12,969 nt of DNA from a virus (taxonomy: Duplodnaviria > Heunggongvirae > Uroviricota > Caudoviricetes): the IMG/VR virus record IMGVR_UViG_2602041671_000010. The stretch is one strand, 5' to 3'. The notes below the pieces were generated by a model that was not told the DNA's origin, did not search any database, and saw only the letters and a program-made list of their open reading frames with translations. The position numbers were made by a program, and so were the translations under genes. Below, piece after piece: positions 8,018-12,969 of this stretch (its first letter is position 1; each line of letters opens with the position of its first letter).

Positions 8018-8428
8018 TCAGAACGGAATACCGTCACCGTAAGGGTCATCGCCTCCCGCTGGTGGCTGATTACCCTGTGTGCCTGTGGTTTTGCGTCTGT
8101 TCCCGCCTGGACGTGCCGCGCGGGCACTGATTACGCTGTCTGCAATAACCTGATACCCCTGCCGTGTTTCCCCGTTCTGTCCGGTCCACTGGCTGATCTG
8201 CATGTTACCCGCCACGGTCAGGAGTTCACCTTTGCGGTGCCTTGCCAGTGCTTCGGCCTGTCTGCCAAATGCCAGGACGGATAACCACATCGTCACCGTT
8301 CCGTCATCTGCCTGGCTGCACGGAAGGGGGACCGCCATACTCGCCATCGTCATTTGTGTACCCTTGCTGGTGGTCTTTAACTGCGGGTCAGCCACCAGCC
8401 GCCCGTAAGCTGCAATTTGTGCTGTCAT
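8018..8428 (-). CDS. ssb: single-stranded DNA-binding protein (136 aa)
   Basis: OB-fold-like N-terminal region, Gly/Pro/Gln-rich linker and acidic C-terminal tail ending DDPYGDGIPF (compare the DDDIPF tail of bacterial SSB); GAGGTGG SD 4 nt upstream of ATG. Confidence 0.8.
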   Translation of the reverse strand: MTAQIAAYGRLVADPQLKTTSKGTQMTMASMAVPLPCSQADDGTVTMWLSVLAFGRQAEALARHRKGELLTVAGNMQISQWTGQNGETRQGYQVIADSVISARAARPGGNRRKTTGTQGNQPPAGGDDPYGDGIPF

Positions 8429-8505
8429 ATTGCCACCTCAGTGAAGCGATCCGGCGTTGTTCTTTTTCATCTTTTTCATCTCTTCCATCATTTTTTCAGT
8501 GAGCA

Positions 8506-8751
8506 TTACGCACTGAAAACCCATTTTTTGATGTCTACGGGTTTCATGCCTTTGTCAGTGGATATCACAGGCAGAATATCCTGATACACATCGCGGTCAG
8601 GGTAACTAAGCACACAAAGCGCCCATGATGCCACGGGTGAGGATCCTTCGTCTGTTTCAACCCACCAGCCTGGTGTAGCTGCGCTTATTTGCAGAATCGT
8701 GATCCGTCCGTTGTGCTTGTAAAATTTTTCACCAAATTTTGCTTCGCTCAT
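8506..8751 (-). CDS. hypothetical protein (81 aa)
   Basis: Strong SD (GGAGAGGTGG); ATGA overlap with the stop of the upstream ORF suggests translational coupling. Confidence 0.55.
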   Translation of the reverse strand: MSEAKFGEKFYKHNGRITILQISAATPGWWVETDEGSSPVASWALCVLSYPDRDVYQDILPVISTDKGMKPVDIKKWVFSA

Positions 8752-8990
8752 GATTCCACCTCTCCGGTTTTAACGTTGATTGTTGTTACCTGTTCCGCTT
8801 CGGCAATCTCCCGCTCTGTCAGCGTGGCAAAATTTGCCGCCGTCGTGGTCATGAATGCGCTTATCAGTTCGGGATGTGCTTTCGCGTATCCTTCCCCCGC
8901 GTGGCGGTCTATTACCCTGATTGCCACCTTTAAGGCGTGCTCTGTCATGTCTAACGCTTTATATTTCGGCCCTGTTCTGTCTCTGCGCAT
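8748..8990 (-). CDS. hypothetical protein (about 80 aa; track ORF starts at 9017)
   Basis: ATG 8990 preceded by GAGGAG SD at 9-nt spacing; the 5' end of the track ORF overlaps the iteron array. Confidence 0.5.
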   Translation of the reverse strand: MRRDRTGPKYKALDMTEHALKVAIRVIDRHAGEGYAKAHPELISAFMTTTAANFATLTEREIAEAEQVTTINVKTGEVES

Positions 8991-9000
8991 TTTGGTTATC

Positions 9001-9203
9001 TCCTCACTCATGCTCACTTTTACACCTCACTTTTTAAAGCGTCTCGCTTCGTCTCAGTTGATATTTTTTGATGCTTTATGTGCGTGTTTCATAAGGATTT
9101 TTTTACTCCTCACTTTTGAGCATGTATACAGGTGAGAAAGTGAGTAATCGTGTTAATATTTTGTAAAAACCTCACCATTACTCACTTTTGCTACTCACTT
9201 TTT
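9001..9203. repeat. iteron array, putative replication origin
   Basis: Five direct copies of CTCACTTTT (9013, 9026, 9109, 9181, 9194), two extra CTCAC cores (9003, 9171), an inverted pair GTGAGAAAGTGAG (9132-9144) and an AT-rich stretch (9055-9105), immediately 3' of the replication gene stop. Confidence 0.6.
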
Positions 9204-10599
9204 ACAGTGGTCCTACATCATCACCATCAATGTAAATCACGGCGTCTTTTTCCAGTTTGGCTAACCATCGCCGCATATTTTTCACGTCATACCCAAGCCG
9301 TTTCATGTCATCACGTAACAGCGGGATCGTGCACTTGTCGCCGTTCTGTGTGCGTGAACGGATGCACCCCCATAGTGCGGTATGGTTTTCCGTCTTGTTG
9401 CCTGCCTCCTCGATGCGCTCCAGTTCAACGGGAGGGCGCGGCTTATCCACCACCACCAGCGACGTGATTAACTCCCCGTCAGCGTCGGTAAACAGCTCCA
9501 CCACGCGTAAGTCATATGCGGCTTCTTTGAGTTCCTCCGCGTCCTTCATTTTGGTGCATGAGATAACCAGCGCTTCGCTTCCTGCGTCCTCCCTGCGTAT
9601 CCGGTATTCAGCATCCAGCGAAGCACGAAATGCACTGGAACCGCGCGCGCCTTTCGTCTCATCCTTGCCGGAATGGTGAACCACCAGCACCGTGGCCCCT
9701 GTGCGCCGTTTAAGCTCGTCACACCCACGGATAAACGCCCCCATATCACGGGAATCATTTTCATCATTGCCACCAAAGCAACGCGCCAGAGTATCAAGAA
9801 TAATCATGCGTACAGGTTTACCCGTTTCCCGCTCCACCTGACGGGCAGCGATAACCAGTTCATCAACATCAAGCGGGACAGCCGGAAAAACTGGACGGTT
9901 TACCAGATACAGATTTTTCACCTGCTCACCGTGCACAACCTCCCAGGCTTTTACACGACGCGGAACGCCGATACCGCCTTCACCAACCACATAGAGAACA
10001 GCGCCATGCGCCACCCTGCGGCCTCCCCACTGGCGGCCCGTGGAAACGTGACACGCCCACGAACCCGCAAGGAATGATTTATAGGAACCGCTTGCCCCGT
10101 ATATGCTGCATAGCGACGATGCCGGAATAATCCCCTTTACCACGTAATCTAATTGCGTGTCGTATCCGGCAGATCCAACGCTCATCGGTAGCGTGGTTTT
10201 TCGCTGGTGGTGTTCTTCCCCTGGCTTTTTCCCCCGCTCCCGTTCCAGATATTCGCGCCAGTTCTCCCGCTTCTGGCTGTGTATCCCTTCGGGGTAATAA
10301 TTCGCATCAGTTACGCCCGCCGCCGCCAGCTTGTGCGCAATGGCATTAATATTTGATGGCCTGATGTGGCCTGCCTTGTACAGCCGGACACAATAGCGCC
10401 CCTCGTCGATGATTCTCAGGTCTGCCAGTTCATCCAGTTGATCATCAGCCAGCACAATGGGAGGCACATTATCGCCAGCCAGTCGCCCGTCCTGTTCCTG
10501 CCACTGTTTCGCATGTGCCCACGCATCACTACCCGCAAAAATGATGACTTCGGTCATCTTGTCGTAAGGCTGTTTTTTTAAGTTCGGTGCGCTTTTCAT
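9202..10599 (-). CDS. replication protein: RecA-like P-loop ATPase (AAA_25/RepA-like), putative primase/helicase (465 aa)
   Basis: Deviant Walker A GASGSYKS, Walker B-like RMIILDT, HHSGK motif typical of RepA/DnaB-like ATPases; ATGA overlap with the upstream gene; iteron array immediately after its stop. Confidence 0.75.
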   Translation of the reverse strand: MKSAPNLKKQPYDKMTEVIIFAGSDAWAHAKQWQEQDGRLAGDNVPPIVLADDQLDELADLRIIDEGRYCVRLYKAGHIRPSNINAIAHKLAAAGVTDANYYPEGIHSQKRENWREYLERERGKKPGEEHHQRKTTLPMSVGSAGYDTQLDYVVKGIIPASSLCSIYGASGSYKSFLAGSWACHVSTGRQWGGRRVAHGAVLYVVGEGGIGVPRRVKAWEVVHGEQVKNLYLVNRPVFPAVPLDVDELVIAARQVERETGKPVRMIILDTLARCFGGNDENDSRDMGAFIRGCDELKRRTGATVLVVHHSGKDETKGARGSSAFRASLDAEYRIRREDAGSEALVISCTKMKDAEELKEAAYDLRVVELFTDADGELITSLVVVDKPRPPVELERIEEAGNKTENHTALWGCIRSRTQNGDKCTIPLLRDDMKRLGYDVKNMRRWLAKLEKDAVIYIDGDDVGPL

Positions 10600-10895
10600 T
10601 TCTTGCCCCTGAATCCGTTAATCATGTTTTTCATCTTCTGAATATTGGCGCGTGCTTTCTCCCTGCAGGTGGGCACGTTATGCGGCGCGGTCTGTACCAG
10701 AGAAAAATCACGCCGGAACTGATAAACAGGCATCACGCAATCATATTCGTAGCCTTCACGACGGTAGGTGATGCGCCGTTCTGCCACGCCTTTAATCGTT
10801 ACCGTACCGCCGTAGTTATCACGGAAAATATCGCCGGGGCGGATTTCAGGCCGAGAGAAGTCACTGGCAGTAAAGCCAGAATTTTTCTTTTTCAT
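10596..10895 (-). CDS. small conserved hypothetical protein (99 aa), possibly DUF4222-like
   Basis: ORF translationally coupled to the replication gene (ATGA overlap at 10596-10599); DUF4222 assignment is from memory of P4-like replication modules and is unverified. Confidence 0.45.
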   Translation of the reverse strand: MKKKNSGFTASDFSRPEIRPGDIFRDNYGGTVTIKGVAERRITYRREGYEYDCVMPVYQFRRDFSLVQTAPHNVPTCREKARANIQKMKNMINGFRGKK

Positions 10896-11086
10896 GGTTT
10901 TTATTTTCCTGTCAGTGATTCAAGTTTTATTCCGGCACGAATACAGGCCTCAGAAAAAAAGCCAGAGAACCAACAACCTCATTATTTCTAAGGCGGCATT
11001 GTGATTTCACTTTCCCTTTATCGAGAAATATCAAAACGCGTCCCGTATAATCTGACGGCACATTAAGAACTACAGGTAAGTGCGCT

Positions 11087-11281
11087 TCATAATTGTGCAT
11101 GGTGCGCCCCCTGACGAATACGGGCGGCGAACACAGCAACACAACCGTACGGGCAACGGTTACGCGCTTCGCGTTCCGTCCAGGCGGTTACGTGGATGAT
11201 TTGATGGTCTGACGCGCCAAAGGCAATAAAGCGCCAGATAAAGGCTGTTTGAGAATGTACGAGGGCAGGGGTAGTAGCCAT
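11087..11281 (-). CDS. Icd-like small protein (64 aa), paralog 2
   Basis: ATG 11281 with strong SD GAGGAGG 8 nt upstream; motifs TAFIWRF, TEREAR, VFAARI resemble what I recall of Icd-like host cell division inhibitor proteins. Confidence 0.5.
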   Translation of the reverse strand: MATTPALVHSQTAFIWRFIAFGASDHQIIHVTAWTEREARNRCPYGCVAVFAARIRQGAHHAQL

Positions 11282-11650
11282 GTTGGCAGCCTCCTCAGTG
11301 TGGTTAAGATAACCGCCACGCAAAAGGCTAATTTCGCTGGTGGCGGACTGTACAGGGTTAGCCTTACCGGACACTGAAGAAACCGGCGCGGATTGCTCCG
11401 CCCCCGTACAGCCCACCATTGATAAGGTGTGACTATGCGGCACAAAAAAACACGCGGGGCGCGTGCTGTGCGCTTCAGTTGTTTTCAGGAGGCTAATCCC
11501 GACACCCGTTTTATGAGGTGCGCGGGAATCATAGCTATTTTCGACACTGGCGATCAACTGGTTTTTTTCTCCGATATTCAGGGCCAGAAAACGCCACACA
11601 AAGGCAGTTTGTGTGTGTACAAGGTGTGGTATATGATTTACAGCAACCAT
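11282..11650 (-). CDS. Icd-like paralog 1; ATG 11650; no in-frame stop before paralog 2, so nominal product is the 187-aa read-through
   Basis: ATG 11650 with AGGAG SD 5 nt upstream; N-terminus LVHTQTAFVWRFLA parallels paralog 2; an intrinsic terminator-like hairpin (11441-11465) lies inside the reading frame. Confidence 0.4.
11441..11465 (-). terminator. terminator-like hairpin between the two Icd-like paralogs (CACGCG-CCC-CGCGUG plus U7)
   Basis: Minus-strand reading CACGCGCCCCGCGTGTTTTTTT; 6-bp stem with short loop followed by a T-run. Confidence 0.45.
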
Positions 11651-11740
11651 AACGGCTCCTAGTTTACGTTGTTGGTTAGAAGCCCCGTTACTGCTCCTAC
11701 AGTGCGGGGTTTCGTCGTTTCAACACCTTGCCTAAATAAG

Positions 11741-11792
11741 GTGTTGAACACCAATTTAAATCGAGGTGTTAAACACGTCAAGTGTTGAACAC
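11741..11792. promoter_or_regulatory. three inverted-repeat operator sites GTGTT-N-AACAC in the divergent control region, overlapping a candidate promoter for the RHH gene
   Basis: GTGTTGAACAC at 11741-11751 and 11782-11792, GTGTTAAACAC at 11766-11776; -35 TTGAAC (11785-11790) and -10 CATACT (11807-11812) at 16-nt spacing. Confidence 0.55.
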
Positions 11793-11841
11793 TTATTTTT
11801 TTCCTGCATACTGCATTTGTTTTTTATGAGGGGTGCTCAAC

Positions 11842-12021
11842 ATGGCGACAAAAGCAGTAAACGCAAAATCACAAACAGTTGCGGCAAGGGTTCCACATGA
11901 AGTTATGAACAATGTTGAGGCGGTAAAAATGCCCGGCGAAAGTACAGGGCAGTTTGTTACAGCTGCATTAAAGCGGGAAGTTGAATACCGCCAGCGTCGC
12001 AAGGCCAAAGAATCAGAATAA
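11842..12021 (+). CDS. Arc/Mnt-like ribbon-helix-helix DNA-binding protein (59 aa)
   Basis: ATG 11842 with GAGGGG SD 8 nt upstream; N-terminal beta-strand-like TVAARVPHEV followed by two short helices; upstream inverted-repeat operators. Confidence 0.6.
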   Translation: MATKAVNAKSQTVAARVPHEVMNNVEAVKMPGESTGQFVTAALKREVEYRQRRKAKESE

Positions 12022-12025
12022 TCAC

Positions 12026-12070
12026 CATCAGCGCCGTGGCGTGAGGTACTACGGCGCATTGCTTTACAGG
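12026..12070 (+). repeat. conserved 45-bp hairpin spacer, copy 1 (copy 2 at 12711..12755)
   Basis: CATCAGCGCCGTGGCGTGAGGTACTACGGCGCATTGCTTTACAGG; two-mismatch copy after the second RHH gene; contains a GCGCCGT/ACGGCGC stem. Confidence 0.6.
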
Positions 12071-12078
12071 GCAGTACC

Positions 12079-12306
12079 ATGACCAACAACACACTATCAC
12101 CAATACAAGACACGCAGACGCAAGAAGATGAAATCATTCGGCAAAGGCAGTTAGAAACCTGTGCTCGCCTTGAAGCCGAACTGGCTAATCCTCTGAATAT
12201 CCAACTAATACCGATAGAAATGAAACCTGGACTATTCGCGTTGGAGGCATTTTTAGCAAGCTGCCCACGGCGGCTAAAGTCCCGTAAGAATCGCCCGCCA
12301 GGATGA
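12079..12306 (+). CDS. hypothetical protein (75 aa) downstream of the first RHH gene
   Basis: ORF in track; preceded by a conserved 45-bp hairpin spacer; N-terminus MTNN parallels the second cassette's downstream gene (MTNK); weak SD. Confidence 0.45.
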   Translation: MTNNTLSPIQDTQTQEDEIIRQRQLETCARLEAELANPLNIQLIPIEMKPGLFALEAFLASCPRRLKSRKNRPPG

Positions 12307-12439
12307 GTACACAAAACCGAACTATGAAACGGATTATTCCGTTTCCGGGGCGTTTGTGTGTGTATAAAGAGTAAGCTATGCTCTTTTATAGCCATAATCG
12401 TTACCTCAATTAATGGTTTGGTTAGACGCCCCGTATGTG

Positions 12440-12476
12440 TTCCCATCACTGCGGGGCGTTGTTTTTTGTGCTAGTT
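12440..12476 (+). terminator. intrinsic terminator between the two plus-strand cassettes
   Basis: ACGCCCCG...CGGGGCGT 8-bp stem followed by TGTTTTTTGTG. Confidence 0.55.
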
Positions 12477-12482
12477 GTGTGT

Positions 12483-12508
12483 AATGTGTATATACACATA
12501 AACACATT
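12483..12508. promoter_or_regulatory. nested palindromic operator upstream of the second Arc-like gene
   Basis: 16-bp perfect palindrome ATGTGTATATACACAT (12484-12499) containing a TATATA -10-like element, flanked by outer inverted arms AATGTGT/ACACATT. Confidence 0.6.
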
Positions 12509-12526
12509 ATATGGAGTGTAATTGAC

Positions 12527-12706
12527 GTGTCAACACACAAAAATGAAAGGCGTGGTAATCCTCCTTTCCAGTTCCGTTTAGATCCTGACTTACGGGAAAA
12601 GATGGAAAAAGCACAACAACAAGACGGTGATGACTCTTTAGCAGCTTGGATAAAACGAATAATCCGAAAAGAATTACAGCAACGCGGTATTGAACCCAAA
12701 GAATAA
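12527..12706 (+). CDS. Arc-like ribbon-helix-helix repressor (59 aa, GTG start)
   Basis: Translation NPPFQFRLDPDLREKMEKAQQQDGDDSLAAWIKRIIRKELQQRG closely resembles the Arc repressor pattern (PQFNLRWPREVLDLVRK...); GGAG SD 10 nt upstream; 16-bp perfect palindrome just upstream; below the 60-aa cutoff so absent from the ORF track. Confidence 0.7.
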   Translation: MSTHKNERRGNPPFQFRLDPDLREKMEKAQQQDGDDSLAAWIKRIIRKELQQRGIEPKE

Positions 12707-12763
12707 AAAACATCAGCGCCGTGGCGTGAGGAACTCCGGCGCATTGCTTTACAGGTACACACA

Positions 12764-12969
12764 ATGACCAATAAAGAATCAACCAATACACCATCGCAAA
12801 AAACGAACAGAGAGCACGAAAATATGGCGCTCGAGCATGAATCAGAAAGATTCGCTCCATGCGCTTTTGTCCTTGATGAGTTTCTAAAAAAATATTCACG
12901 TTCTGAACGGATGAAAATGGCAGCACAATACGGCCCCAACAAGCAAGGTAATTGCCCACCAGCCTGATA
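12764..12969 (+). CDS. hypothetical protein, 3' end beyond the window (partial)
   Basis: ORF in track runs to the window edge; same position and MTN start as 12079..12306 in the first cassette. Confidence 0.4.

Noticed and set aside
9001-9203. Possible CRISPR array from the repeated CTCACTTTT motif
   Set aside because: Repeats are only 9-10 bp, irregularly spaced, in both orientations, with no uniform spacers and no cas genes; the pattern fits replication iterons.
12421-12476. Possible integron attC site (GTTAGAC resembles the GTTRRRY core)
   Set aside because: No matching inverse core (RYYYAAC) at the other end and no extrahelical-base architecture; the hairpin followed by a T-run is better explained as an intrinsic terminator.
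11793-12959. Long minus-strand ORFs (11793..12449, 12406..12942, 12507..12959) across the right end
   Set aside because: They overlap antisense the plus-strand Arc-like genes, which have clear RBSs, operators and family resemblance; their translations are Cys/Ser/Arg-rich with no family resemblance.
1-12969. tRNA, rRNA, integrase, tail or lysis genes
   Set aside because: I found no ORF with integrase, tail or lysis character and no sequence resembling tRNA or rRNA; if present they lie outside this window.

Overview
The window reads as one compact, mostly minus-strand mobile-element operon, with a phage-satellite-like layout (candidate capsid-forming PICI-type element). Reading in the direction of transcription (high to low coordinates): two Icd-like small genes, a DUF4222-like gene, a RecA-like primase/helicase-type replication protein followed immediately by an iteron array (putative ori), small unknown ORFs, an SSB, two small genes ending in identical intrinsic terminators, then a tail-less HK97-type head and packaging module in a non-phage order (major capsid, prohead protease, portal, head closure, head-tail connector, HNH endonuclease, TerS, TerL) and a 93-aa ORF. 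The major capsid gene is split by a 1-nt frameshift in an A6 run and is preceded by a structured leader ending in a terminator that abuts its ATG. The right end (11.7-13.0 kb) carries two tandem plus-strand cassettes, each with a palindromic operator, an Arc-like ribbon-helix-helix gene, a conserved hairpin spacer and a small unknown gene. No tail, lysis or integrase genes, tRNAs, rRNAs or CRISPR arrays are visible. All family assignments come from reading the translated ORFs and motifs by eye; no database search was run.
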